Counted from the stretch's first letter, positions 29,926-38,554 are shown. The stretch is 64,000 nucleotides of DNA from an uncultured delta proteobacterium (GCA_963731025.1 CAVSVL010000042.1:9576-73575), one strand, 5' to 3'. Notes: a model not told the origin generated them from the letters alone. Numbers and translations: made by a program.

Positions 29926-31440
29926 GTGGCGGACTGGGGTGTAGTACTGATGATGTCACCGAAGGAAAATAGTACGAGGTGTGCGGAGGGAAGGCCCCGG
30001 CCTGAGGGGATCTCTGGTGAGAAGGCGAAGGTCCGAACGCAGGGTCGGGCAGCCTTGCCAGCCAATCTTGCCAGAGTGAACGAGGCGGCGAGGAGATCGC
30101 GCAAGACCCGGTTTACAGCGTTGATGCATCACATGGATGTTGAGGCCCTAAGACGAGTCTTTAACCGGCAACGGCGGAAGGCCAGTGCAGGTGTCGATGG
30201 GGTTACGGTAGAAGAATATGAGGGTAATCTGGAAGCTAATCTTAAAGATTTATGCGACCGGGTGCACTCGGGATGCTACCGCCCTCAACCAGTGCGAAGG
30301 GTATACGTGCCCAAAGCTGACGGAGCCCAGCGACCGATTGGCATACCAGCTCTGGAAGACAAGATCGTCCAGGGATCGGTAGCCGAGGTTCTGAGCGCCA
30401 TATACGAAGTCGATTTTCTTGGCTTTTCGTATGGTTTTCGGCCTGGACGAAGCCCACATCAGGCGTTGGATGCTCTCAATGCAGCGCTAATTAAACGGAA
30501 AATAAACTGGGTGCTCGACGCAGATGTTCGCAGATTTTTCGACTCGGTTGACCACGAGTGGCTTTTGCGAATGGTTGCGCACAGGATAGCCGATCCACGG
30601 ATACTGCGGTTAATAAGACAGTGGCTGCGGGCAGGGGTCCTGGAGAGCGGCAAATGGTTCAAGACATTGGAAGGTACACCGCAAGGGGCTGGAATCAGCC
30701 CGATTTTAGCCAACATCTTCTTGCACTACAGTCTTGATCTTTGGGTTCATCAGTGGCGGCAGCGCCATGCTAAAGGAGAAGTCGTCATCGTGAGATACTG
30801 TGATGATTTCGTAATGGGCTTCGAGAAACAGACGGATGCGAAAAGCATGTTGGGTGAGCTCAAAGGGCGGCTAACAAAGTTTGGCCTCGGTCTGCATGAG
30901 AAGAAGACCCGTCTTCTGGAATTTGGCAGGTTTGCATCCGAGAGGAGAAAGAGACGGGGTATGCGACGCCCGCAGACGTTCGACTTTCTTGGATTCACGC
31001 ACTATTGCAGCATGAATAAGAAGGGACGTTTCTTTATTATGAGAAAGACTCAAGGTGCGCGCATGATACGTAAACTCAAGGAGTTGAGGATCGAAGCCAG
31101 GCGTCGGATGCATTGGCCGTTGAAGAAACAGCATCGCTGGTTGGCTGCTGTCCTAAGAGGTCATTATGCCTATTACGGGATTCTCGGGAACTCGCGTGCC
31201 TTATCGAGCTTTGCCTATGAGGTTCGTAAGTTGTGGTTCCGGGCATTGTGCCGACGAAGTCAGAAAAATGCGATGACCTGGGAACGATTTAACCGGCTTC
31301 TTAAGGTTTTTTTTTCCTCTCCCAATTCCAAGAATCATTCGCACCTAAAACGATGGCCTCAGCTGATCTTGGGTTACCTTCGGGAGGAGCCCATTGCGGG
31401 AAAGCCGCACGATGGGATCTGTGGGGGTGAAAGCCGGTAA
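29926..31440 (+). CDS. group II intron reverse transcriptase/maturase (IEP of the inner intron), no endonuclease domain seen
   Basis: RT blocks GVDGVTVEEY, RRVYVPKADGAQRPIGIPALEDKIVQ, FSYGFRPGRSPHQA, GTPQGAGISPILANIFLH, active site YCDDFVMGF, X/maturase region LRGHYAYYG. Likely start MMSPKEN at 29950. The last ~19 codons overlap domains V/VI. Confidence 0.9.
   Translation: MADWGVVLMMSPKENSTRCAEGRPRPEGISGEKAKVRTQGRAALPANLARVNEAARRSRKTRFTALMHHMDVEALRRVFNRQRRKASAGVDGVTVEEYEGNLEANLKDLCDRVHSGCYRPQPVRRVYVPKADGAQRPIGIPALEDKIVQGSVAEVLSAIYEVDFLGFSYGFRPGRSPHQALDALNAALIKRKINWVLDADVRRFFDSVDHEWLLRMVAHRIADPRILRLIRQWLRAGVLESGKWFKTLEGTPQGAGISPILANIFLHYSLDLWVHQWRQRHAKGEVVIVRYCDDFVMGFEKQTDAKSMLGELKGRLTKFGLGLHEKKTRLLEFGRFASERRKRRGMRRPQTFDFLGFTHYCSMNKKGRFFIMRKTQGARMIRKLKELRIEARRRMHWPLKKQHRWLAAVLRGHYAYYGILGNSRALSSFAYEVRKLWFRALCRRSQKNAMTWERFNRLLKVFFSSPNSKNHSHLKRWPQLILGYLREEPIAGKPHDGICGGESR
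31387..31419 (+). other. domain V of the inner group II intron
   Basis: GAGCCCAUUGCGG-GAAAG-CCGCA-CG-AUGGGAUC: AGC triad, 2-nt CG bulge, GAAA-type loop. The triad G faces A instead of the usual U. Confidence 0.6.
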
Positions 31441-31640
31441 CGGCTGATCTACCCGACAACCTGTCGGCCCGATGCTAAGGGAGAAACTCAAGTGGAAGAC
31501 CCACGAGAGTGAGAGTACCGATACAGGCCACGGGGGCGGAGCAACCCGTATTAGTGATGAGGTCTCTGTAATGGAGGTGGAGCGAAGGGGTTGCATCGAC
31601 CAGCTTTATAATATGGTCAACCATATAATGGGAGGAGCCA

Positions 31641-32897
31641 TTGAGTAAGGCAAAGCCGTTTAGTATTTCCAAACGAGTTGTGTTTGAGTCATACAAGCGG
31701 GTAAAAGCGAACAAAGGAGCAGCAGGAGTAGAGCGGGAATCGATTTCGGATTTTGAGAAGGACTTAAAGAACAATCTATACAAAATTTGGAATCGGATGT
31801 CGTCGGGCAGCTATTTTCCACCACCGGTTCGGGTGGTAGAGATAGCGAAGAAGGATGGTGGTCAAAGAAGATTGGGAGTGCCCACAGTGGCCGACCGCAT
31901 CGCACAAATGGTAGCGAAGGAGTATCTGGAACCATTTGTGGAGCCGCATTTTCATCCTGATTCATATGCTTATAGACCAAACAAATCAGCGATTCAGGCT
32001 GTGGGAGTAGCGCGCAAGAGGTGTTGGCATTACGACTGGGTTTTGGATCTTGATATTAAAGGGTTTTACGACAACATTGATCATGATCTGCTGATGCGTG
32101 CTGTTCGAAGACACACCGATTGTAAATGGATACTGCTATACATTGAGCGGTGGCTCAAAGCCCAGGCTCAACTGGAGGATGGTTCTCTGGTAGCCCGTGA
32201 CAAAGGGACTCCCCAGGGTTCGGTGATCAGTCCGCTGTTAGCCAATCTCTTTTTGCATTATGCGTTTGATGAGTGGATGAGGCGAAACCATCCGCATATT
32301 CCGTTCGAGCGTTACGCCGATGATATCATCGTGCACGGCAAAAGCGAGAGGCAAGCAGAGTGGATAAAGTCGGTCATTGAAAAGCGGCTTTTGGAGTGTA
32401 AGCTGGAACTGCATCCTGAGAAGACGCAGATTGTCTATTGTAAGGATGATTACAGGCGGGGAAATTATGTAAACGAGAAATTTGATTTCTTGGGTTATAC
32501 GTTCAGACCTCGCGGAGCAAAGGCTCGACATAAGAAAAGATTCTTCGTAGGCTTCAATCCTGCTGCATTAAGCAACAAAGCGGCAAAATCCATGGGGGAT
32601 ACCATTAGGAGCTGGGAAATTCATCTGATGAGTGATAAGTCGATTGAGGAGATTTCACGCATCATAAACTCTGTTGTGCGGGGGTGGATCAATTATTATG
32701 GCAAATATTACAGGTCGGCGCTTTATCCGATATTCAACCAACTTAACAAGGCTCTGAGAAAGTGGGCGATGAGGAAATGCAGAAGGTTGCGAGGGCGAAA
32801 GCGGAAGGCTGCCCTTTGGTTACGAAGGATAGCCCGTCGCGATCGAGGTTTGTTTGCACACTGGAGATTTAGTGCAGGATCTTTGGCTGGTCGATAG
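31641..32897 (+). CDS. group II intron reverse transcriptase/maturase (IEP of the outer intron), compact En-less type
   Basis: 418 aa, TTG start 4 nt after GGAGGAG. RT blocks VKANKGAAGVE, PPVRVVEIAKKDGGQRRLGVPTVADRIAQ, YAYRPNKSA, GTPQGSVISPLLANLFLH, active site YADDIIVHG, X domain VRGWINYYGKYY. Confidence 0.9.
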   Translation: MSKAKPFSISKRVVFESYKRVKANKGAAGVERESISDFEKDLKNNLYKIWNRMSSGSYFPPPVRVVEIAKKDGGQRRLGVPTVADRIAQMVAKEYLEPFVEPHFHPDSYAYRPNKSAIQAVGVARKRCWHYDWVLDLDIKGFYDNIDHDLLMRAVRRHTDCKWILLYIERWLKAQAQLEDGSLVARDKGTPQGSVISPLLANLFLHYAFDEWMRRNHPHIPFERYADDIIVHGKSERQAEWIKSVIEKRLLECKLELHPEKTQIVYCKDDYRRGNYVNEKFDFLGYTFRPRGAKARHKKRFFVGFNPAALSNKAAKSMGDTIRSWEIHLMSDKSIEEISRIINSVVRGWINYYGKYYRSALYPIFNQLNKALRKWAMRKCRRLRGRKRKAALWLRRIARRDRGLFAHWRFSAGSLAGR

Positions 32898-32931
32898 GAG
32901 CCGAATGAATCGAGAGATTCACGTTCGGTTG
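32898..32931 (+). other. domain V of the outer group II intron
   Basis: GAGCCGAAUGAAUC-GAGA-GAUUCA-CG-UUCGGUUG: 34 nt, AGC triad with a G.U pair, CG bulge, GNRA tetraloop. Begins 1 nt after the IEP stop. Confidence 0.8.
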
Positions 32932-33056
32932 CGTGAGGGACTGAGGGGGAAGCTCCCTCGGTCTACTCGACTAAAAAAATTATTGTGAAATGGTTTTCCG
33001 AACATTGAACTGCCTAACGATGTTGTGGCTGACGAATTTTCAGGAGATTTATATAA

Positions 33057-34370
33057 ATGGATCGGACCCTGTGTGATAAAAAAAGAGTTGTTTTAGTTAT
33101 AGACAGCGACCAGGTTAGAGGTGCCAAATTAAAAAAGATTCTTAACAATTACGGTTATCGAGTCTATACAGCCGTGAATTTCAAAGAAGCCCGTCGGATC
33201 CTTGCAGAAAAGAAAAAGATAGATGTCGCCCTTTTATCCTCGAAAAGATTCAATCTTGCTCCTGGGCAGATTATTGAAGATTTTAAGCTCGGAAAGCCGG
33301 TGATTGTGATTCTGGAAAAATTCTCCGAAGAGGTTGTCGTTTCAGCTTTGAAAGCCGGTGCGGTCGACTTTCTTACCTATCCCGTGGATTCTAAAGAGTT
33401 GGTAAAAAGATTGGGAGTATACGCCTGTATGGCGGACGACGGCGGATATGAACGGTTAAGGATAGATGTATGCGCCCCGATGGAAAAAGGCGGCGGTGCT
33501 TCGAGATTCCTTAAACGGGTTTTTCAAGGTTTATATTCCAGGTCAACTGAAAAAGAACTTCTGGACCTTGGGTATGAGAAACTGGACAGGTTGGGAATAG
33601 GGAGCTTCGGCGAGGTTTGGAAGATCAAGGACGTAACAAAGGACCCGCCAAAGATTTTTATTGTCAAGATTCCTCTAAGCAAAAAATTTAACGCTAAGTT
33701 TGAAGAAGGGGCCCGTATATTAAGGAAGCTTGAAGGACATAAAGGGATTCCAAAAATCTTTGACATGATAGAAATAAATAACAAAAAAGCACTGATTGAG
33801 GAGTTTATATCCGGGAAAACACTCTATGAGGTGATTGAACGAGAGCTCGAGGAAGAGGAAATAGAGTCGGTGGTAATTCAGCTTGTAGACGTGGTGGCGC
33901 ATTGCCACGGCATCGGGATTATCCATCGGGACATAAAGCCGGGAAACGTGATGGTTCAGCCTGACGGGACCATAAAACTTCTGGACTTCGGCACGGCCAA
34001 AGAACTCGGAGAGAAAAAGATGTTCGAGACGACAACAGGTTCCCGGCCATTTATGGCACCCGAGCAGATTATGGGAAAAAGTCAGATGCGCTCGGACGTC
34101 TGGGCAGTTGGCGTCGTTATGTACGTGCTTTACACAGGGATGTTCCCTTTCTATCATGAAGTGGAGAAGGTGCTCATGGACATAATCCTTAGCGTTCCAC
34201 CATCTCCACCGAGTAAATTCAACGAAGAATTAGATCCGGGAATCGATCGCATAATATTGAAATGTTTAGAAAAGAACCCGGAAGACCGCTATCCTGATGC
34301 TCGGGCGTTAAAGGAGGATATCATCAACTCTTTTCCAGATTATGGAGAAAATATTTTACCCCTCTATTAA
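33057..34370 (+). CDS. response-regulator receiver domain fused to a Hanks-type Ser/Thr protein kinase
   Basis: 437 aa. REC (VLVIDSD, phospho-acceptor-like D in IDVALLS, but GAVDFLTYP instead of ..KP). Kinase motifs GIGSFGEVW, IVKIP, HRDIKPGN, DFG, MAPEQ. Confidence 0.9.
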   Translation: MDRTLCDKKRVVLVIDSDQVRGAKLKKILNNYGYRVYTAVNFKEARRILAEKKKIDVALLSSKRFNLAPGQIIEDFKLGKPVIVILEKFSEEVVVSALKAGAVDFLTYPVDSKELVKRLGVYACMADDGGYERLRIDVCAPMEKGGGASRFLKRVFQGLYSRSTEKELLDLGYEKLDRLGIGSFGEVWKIKDVTKDPPKIFIVKIPLSKKFNAKFEEGARILRKLEGHKGIPKIFDMIEINNKKALIEEFISGKTLYEVIERELEEEEIESVVIQLVDVVAHCHGIGIIHRDIKPGNVMVQPDGTIKLLDFGTAKELGEKKMFETTTGSRPFMAPEQIMGKSQMRSDVWAVGVVMYVLYTGMFPFYHEVEKVLMDIILSVPPSPPSKFNEELDPGIDRIILKCLEKNPEDRYPDARALKEDIINSFPDYGENILPLY

Positions 34371-34637
34371 ATCCGTTACGATACCTTTGTTGACTGGCAC
34401 GCAACTGCGATAGCTGCAATAACGTCCCAGTATCAACTGCTTGATTTTTCTGTGATACCATAATACTGTATCTCCAAACCATAGTTGTCTCGATCCCTCT
34501 ACCTATATTTAAACTTCCGAATTTGTGATATGGTCAAAAAGCGAAAAAAAAGTTGGCAGTGATATGTAGTGGAGATCACACGAATTGGACCTGTTTCAAT
34601 TTTTTGGATTACTCCAAGATATTAATAGGTAAATATA

Positions 34638-35129
34638 ATGGATTATTCAATGTCTCCAATTTCAAAGGAAAATCGCAAATCAATAATGGATATATTTAAT
34701 CATTATATTGAAAATTCTTATGCAGCATATCCTGAGACCAAACTGCCTTATGAAGCATTTGATATGTTTTTACAAATGGCTCATGGTTATCCCACAGCAA
34801 AAGTGAAAGATAAAAATGGCCGGGTAGTTGGTTTTGGACTGTTGCGTTCACATAATCCAATGCCGGCCTTTTCTAAAACAGCAGAAATAACCTATTTCAT
34901 TCACCCAGATCATACGGGGAAAGGTATCGGGACAAAGCTGCTAAGGCTCCTTGAAAAAGAAGGAATGCAAAAAGGCATCACGAATATTTTAGCCAATATA
35001 TCTTCCCTCAATCCCAGAAGTGTCGATTTTCATAAAAAGAACGGTTTTATTGAATGCGGGCGTTTCAAAAATGTGGGAAGGAAAAAAGGAAAGCTATTCG
35101 ATACAGTTTGGATGCAGAAAATTCTCTAA
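34638..35129 (+). CDS. GNAT-family N-acetyltransferase
   Basis: 163 aa. Acetyl-CoA motif A (HPDHTGKGIGTKLL) and the C-terminal KNGFIECG motif. Confidence 0.85.
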   Translation: MDYSMSPISKENRKSIMDIFNHYIENSYAAYPETKLPYEAFDMFLQMAHGYPTAKVKDKNGRVVGFGLLRSHNPMPAFSKTAEITYFIHPDHTGKGIGTKLLRLLEKEGMQKGITNILANISSLNPRSVDFHKKNGFIECGRFKNVGRKKGKLFDTVWMQKIL

Positions 35130-35207
35130 CCATGTACCGGATGCCGGCTGGATATTCGCTAGCGCTCAACATCAGCCGGATAAGCACTACGTTATGTCTA
35201 TAAGTAT

Positions 35208-35774
35208 ATGAAGATATCATTAAGAGATTACTTGATACGGTACTGGAAAAAGGAAGATGCTCCCGCTATTGCTAAGTATGCAAACAATCGCAAGATTTGG
35301 CTCAACCTCCGGGATCGCTTCCCCCACCCGTATCATCTTTCCGATGCCGAAGATTTTCTTACCAGGGTGTTTGAACAACAACCTGTGACTTTTTTCGCAA
35401 TAGCAAATGAGAAAGAGGCGATAGGCAGCATTGGGCTTATGCTCGGAGAAGACATTCACCGTTACACAGCAGAATTGGGTTATTGGTTAGCTGAACCCTT
35501 CTGGAATAAAGGAATCATGACTGAGGTAGTGAGCAAATTCACCGACTTTGCTTTTGAAAGATTTGAACTTCACCGAATATTTGCTGAGCCTTACACAAAT
35601 AATACAGCATCTGTGCGTGTTCTGGAAAAGTCTGGATTCATACTTGAAGGTACACTTCGCGGCAATGTTTTTAAAAATGGAAAGATCTTAGATCAATATC
35701 TTTATACAAAAATAAGGGATGAAACCACATGGCCACTTGACGGGAATTCCACTGGGCTCCATAGCAGAAAATGA
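35208..35774 (+). CDS. GNAT-family N-acetyltransferase (RimJ/RimL-like)
   Basis: 188 aa. Motifs YWLAEPFWNKGIMTE, HRIFAEPYTNNTASVRVLEKSGF. Confidence 0.85.
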   Translation: MKISLRDYLIRYWKKEDAPAIAKYANNRKIWLNLRDRFPHPYHLSDAEDFLTRVFEQQPVTFFAIANEKEAIGSIGLMLGEDIHRYTAELGYWLAEPFWNKGIMTEVVSKFTDFAFERFELHRIFAEPYTNNTASVRVLEKSGFILEGTLRGNVFKNGKILDQYLYTKIRDETTWPLDGNSTGLHSRK

Positions 35775-35793
35775 AGGGCGCATTACTGCTATT

Positions 35794-35996
35794 GGTCTAA
35801 GGCTTTTCACGAAATCAATATCGTGAGATATCTCCTACATATATGCGATGTGAAAACATGCAGAAAGGATTATTTTTGAGATACGATTTAGCTAAAAGGT
35901 CTTTTGGGGGGTTGAAAAGAGTCGTTTAAAACGATTTTAAGGCCTGTTTTATTCTTCATTTGATGTTATTATAATTAGTTACTGTGGTCAGACCCC
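35794..35996 (+). repeat. R1 repeat, right-hand part with an internal ~60-bp insertion
   Basis: 35865..35996 aligns along its length with 44150..44281 (..GGATTATTTTTGAGATAC.. to ..GTTACTGTGGTCAGACCCC). The GGTCTAAGG piece at 35794 matches 44144. Confidence 0.7.
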
Positions 35997-36022
35997 AAAT
36001 GTCAAAAAGGAACCAAAGAACC

Positions 36023-36811
36023 ATGACTTACAATTCAATCATTTTTGAAATAGAGAAAGGCGTTGGACTGATCCGTCTAAACCGTCCTGAAGAGGGAAAT
36101 GCAATTACTCCGGAGATGGGGCGCGAACTTCTGGATGTCGCCATCAGGTGTGACGAAGATCAAGAGGTTCGATCGGTGGTGCTGACCGGTAACGGCAATA
36201 GGTTTTGCGTTGGAGGCGATCTGAAGGCTTTTAACGCCCAGGGTGAAGGAATCTCTCGCTATATTACAAAGATCACCCATACCTTTCACGCAGCGATATC
36301 CCGATTTAACTGGATGGACGCTCCGGTGATCGGCGCTATAAACGGAACAGCCGCAGGAGGGGGCTTCAGCCTATCACTAACCACCGATATTGCCATTGCT
36401 GCGGAATCGGCTAAATTCACCATGGCCTACACTAAAATAGGCTTGGTTCCGGACGGCAGTTCCAGTTATTTCTTGGCACGTATTGTGGGGTTGCGCCGTG
36501 CCAAGGAGATGGCATTGTTAAATCCTATATTGTCGGCAGAGCAAGCCATGGAGTGGGGTCTCGTTAATCGAGTCGTTGCTGATGATCAAGTACTATCTGC
36601 CGCCCTTGAAATAGCACATAATTTGGCAAAGGGGCCTACTCGATCATTCGGTGAGACCAAACGTTTGATCCTCATCGGTACAACCGATAGCCTTGAATCT
36701 CAGATGGAAAGAGAATCCCGCACAATTTCAGCAATGGCAGCCAGCGCAGATGGTCGTGAAGGGATCGCCGCCTTTGTCTCTAAACGCATGCCGGATTTTC
36801 AGGGGAAATGA
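36023..36811 (+). CDS. enoyl-CoA hydratase/isomerase (crotonase) family protein
   Basis: 262 aa from ATG 36023. Motifs LIRLNRPE, VVLTGNGNRFCVGGDL, GTAAGGGFSLSLTTDI. The longer track start (GTG 35984) lies inside the R1 terminal repeat. Confidence 0.9.
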   Translation: MTYNSIIFEIEKGVGLIRLNRPEEGNAITPEMGRELLDVAIRCDEDQEVRSVVLTGNGNRFCVGGDLKAFNAQGEGISRYITKITHTFHAAISRFNWMDAPVIGAINGTAAGGGFSLSLTTDIAIAAESAKFTMAYTKIGLVPDGSSSYFLARIVGLRRAKEMALLNPILSAEQAMEWGLVNRVVADDQVLSAALEIAHNLAKGPTRSFGETKRLILIGTTDSLESQMERESRTISAMAASADGREGIAAFVSKRMPDFQGK

Positions 36812-36862
36812 TCTTCTGCCAAAAATCTCCGGAATAGAAAGAAATAGGCGAATAGCGAATAA

Positions 36863-36885
36863 GGGTCTGACCACAATTTAAATCA
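36863..36885 (+). repeat. R1 repeat, isolated left terminus
   Basis: GGGTCTGACCACAATTTAAAT matches the first ~20 nt of the R1 copies at 38843 and 44046, including the upstream CGAATA flank. Confidence 0.5.
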
Positions 36886-37014
36886 TATCTTCAGATATTG
36901 AGTCTGAGCGATAAGCTCTTCGCGATAGTGTTCCAAAAGCGTTGTCTTTGAAAGCACACCGATGAACTTGCCGTTTTCCACAACCGGAATATTGTCCATA
37001 AGCTGTGCCTCCAT
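36883..37014 (-). pseudogene. C-terminal remnant of a CBS-domain gene
   Basis: Hand translation: MEAQLMDNIPVVENGKFIGVLSKTTLLEHYREELIAQTQYLKI-stop. The VVENGK.IG.LS...LL pattern is the end of a CBS motif. An in-frame stop lies 2 codons upstream. Confidence 0.35.
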
Positions 37015-37053
37015 AACGTATCATCCAAGTTAAACATCAATTTGTGGTGGCTT

Positions 37054-37195
37054 CTAGTTATTTTTTGGCCGCCCTTTCCTGCTCTCTTTTTTCAACCACA
37101 CATTAAATCCCGCCTTCTTCGAGACCCGGTTTAAAACAACTGTTGCATGAAATACACCTGGCGGTTTTGCGATCACCCTGAAACCATCGATTGAC
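37054..37195 (+). repeat. R3 direct repeat, copy a
   Basis: About 142 bp, collinear with 38384..38526 (11 substitutions, no net indel by hand alignment). The minus strand keeps an open frame ..SIDGFRVIAKPPGVFHATVVLNRVSKKAGFNVWLKKESRKGRPKNN-stop. Confidence 0.8.
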
Positions 37196-37436
37196 CAGGC
37201 CGGGTCCCCGGATAAACGGCATGGACATGGAAATGGTATTAGATGGTACGATCATTCTGAACATGCGCAAACCTGACCATCCAATATATTTGTTTTACTC
37301 GACAGCCTCTTTGAAAAAATTTATTCTTGATATGTACATTTCGAATTTGATATTTATTAAAAATACAAGGCGATTGTAGCAGTTGCTACGGTATTCGGTT
37401 TTATAATGATTTATAAAGAGGAAAAAGGATGAGACA

Positions 37437-38387
37437 ATGACACGTGCTCTGATCAATTTCGAACTGCCGGACCCGTATTTTCACCAGCTGCAGCAAAATT
37501 ATCCGCAGCTGGAATGGGTTCGGTGCACAGATTCTGAAAAGCTACCTGCTCTGCTAAAAGAGACCGAAATTTTGCTGACCTTTCTTCAGTGCGACCGTAA
37601 AATGATCGACGCGGCGTCGCAATTGAAATGGATTCAGGCCATCAGCGCAGGGGTCGACTATATGCCCCTGGACGAAATCAGACGCCGGGGCATTGTGCTG
37701 ACCAACGGACGAGGCATCCACAAGATCCATATGGCCGAATATGCCGTCGCAGCGATGATCAACCTGGCCCGCGGCTTTCATCTGCTGTTCCGCAATCAGC
37801 TGCAGAAAAAATGGGAGAGGTCGGTGCCGCAAGAGGAGATTCATGGCGCCACCGTTGGGATTATCGGGCTGGGCGTCATTGGCGCAGAGATCGCCAAAAA
37901 GGCCGCCTTGATGGGGATGCGTGTGATCGGGGTCAAACGCATCCCCGGGCCGGTCGACCATGTAGAAGAGGTCCACGCTCCGGATGATATGGCCGCTGTT
38001 TTTCGACGCAGTGATTACATCATCAATTTGCTGCCCTATACACAGGAAACGGAAAAGCTGATCGACCAGCGGTTTTTCGATCAGATGAAGCCCACGGCCT
38101 GCTTCATCAATATCGGCCGCGGCCGGACCGTCAATGAGGACGATTTGATTGAAGCGCTGCGCAATAAAAAGATCAGAGCCATGGTCAGCGATGTCTACTA
38201 TACCGAACCGCTTCCCCCGGAAAGCCCTCTGTGGGACTTGGACAATGTCATTCTGACACCGCACATCTGCGGCGTGTCACCCCAATACATGGCTCGGGCC
38301 ATGCAGATCATCGCACACAACTTGAATGTTTATCTGTCGGGGCAGGGCGAGATGATCAATCTTGTCGATATGCAAGCCGGATACTAG
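37437..38387 (+). CDS. D-isomer-specific 2-hydroxyacid dehydrogenase family protein
   Basis: 316 aa. NAD motif VGIIGLGVIGAEIAKKA, catalytic region INIGRGRTVNEDDL, TPHICGVSP. GC-rich relative to its flanks. Confidence 0.9.
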   Translation: MTRALINFELPDPYFHQLQQNYPQLEWVRCTDSEKLPALLKETEILLTFLQCDRKMIDAASQLKWIQAISAGVDYMPLDEIRRRGIVLTNGRGIHKIHMAEYAVAAMINLARGFHLLFRNQLQKKWERSVPQEEIHGATVGIIGLGVIGAEIAKKAALMGMRVIGVKRIPGPVDHVEEVHAPDDMAAVFRRSDYIINLLPYTQETEKLIDQRFFDQMKPTACFINIGRGRTVNEDDLIEALRNKKIRAMVSDVYYTEPLPPESPLWDLDNVILTPHICGVSPQYMARAMQIIAHNLNVYLSGQGEMINLVDMQAGY

Positions 38388-38526
38388 TTATTTTTTGGCC
38401 GTCTTTTCCTGCTCTTTTTTTTCAACCACGCAATAAATCCCGCCTTCTTCGAGACCCGGCTTAAAACAGCTGTTGCATGAAATACACCTGGCGGTTTTGC
38501 GATCGCCCTGAAGCCATCAATTGAGC
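38384..38526 (+). repeat. R3 direct repeat, copy b
   Basis: Starts at the dehydrogenase stop codon (CTAG). The minus strand reads ..SIDGFRAIAKPPGVFHATAVLSRVSKKAGFIAWLKKKSRKRRPKNN-stop. Confidence 0.8.
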
Positions 38527-38554
38527 GGGTGTTATCGAAAGAGGAGAGAATGGT

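Larger units (their letters stand above)
29541..31457 (+). mobile_element. group II intron, inner element (1917 nt)
   Basis: GUGCGG at 29541 directly after a hairpin plus UUUU. GGGUGGAAGUCCC box at 29585. IEP 29926..31440. Domain V at 31387..31419. Domain VI with GUAA-capped AGCCG/CGGCU stem, bulged A at 31451, tail ...CCCGAC ends at 31457. Confidence 0.65.
29232..32971 (+). mobile_element. group II intron, outer element (5' end 29232, alternative 29201), interrupted by the inner intron
   Basis: GUGCG at 29232 with a GGGUAGGCCCC box 23 nt later. IEP 31641..32897. Canonical domain V at 32898..32931. Domain VI GAGGGAC/GUCU-A-CUC with a bulged A at 32965. 3' tail ...CUCGAC ends at 32971. Confidence 0.7.

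Noticed and set aside
34394-34408. Sigma-54-like promoter TGGCACGCAACTGCG.
   Set aside because: The GG-to-GC spacing is one nt shorter than the consensus, and the nearest downstream gene starts 230 nt away with no enhancer-binding protein nearby.
37554-38264. Long antisense ORFs inside GC-rich genes (37554..38264, 50976..51908, 57213..57995, 60734..61384, 15882..16571, 44762..45271).
   Set aside because: They lie fully opposite well-supported CDSs, have no RBS or family motifs, and have low-complexity Arg/Gly/Pro-rich translations typical of the antisense frames of GC-rich genes.
37054-38526. R3 repeat pair as the template/variable repeats of a diversity-generating retroelement. The repeats encode a C-terminal protein segment and reverse transcriptases are nearby.
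   Set aside because: Hand alignment shows the ~11 differences are mostly transitions spread over C, T, A and G positions on either strand, not adenine-specific. The nearby RTs are clearly group II intron maturases, not DGR RTs.
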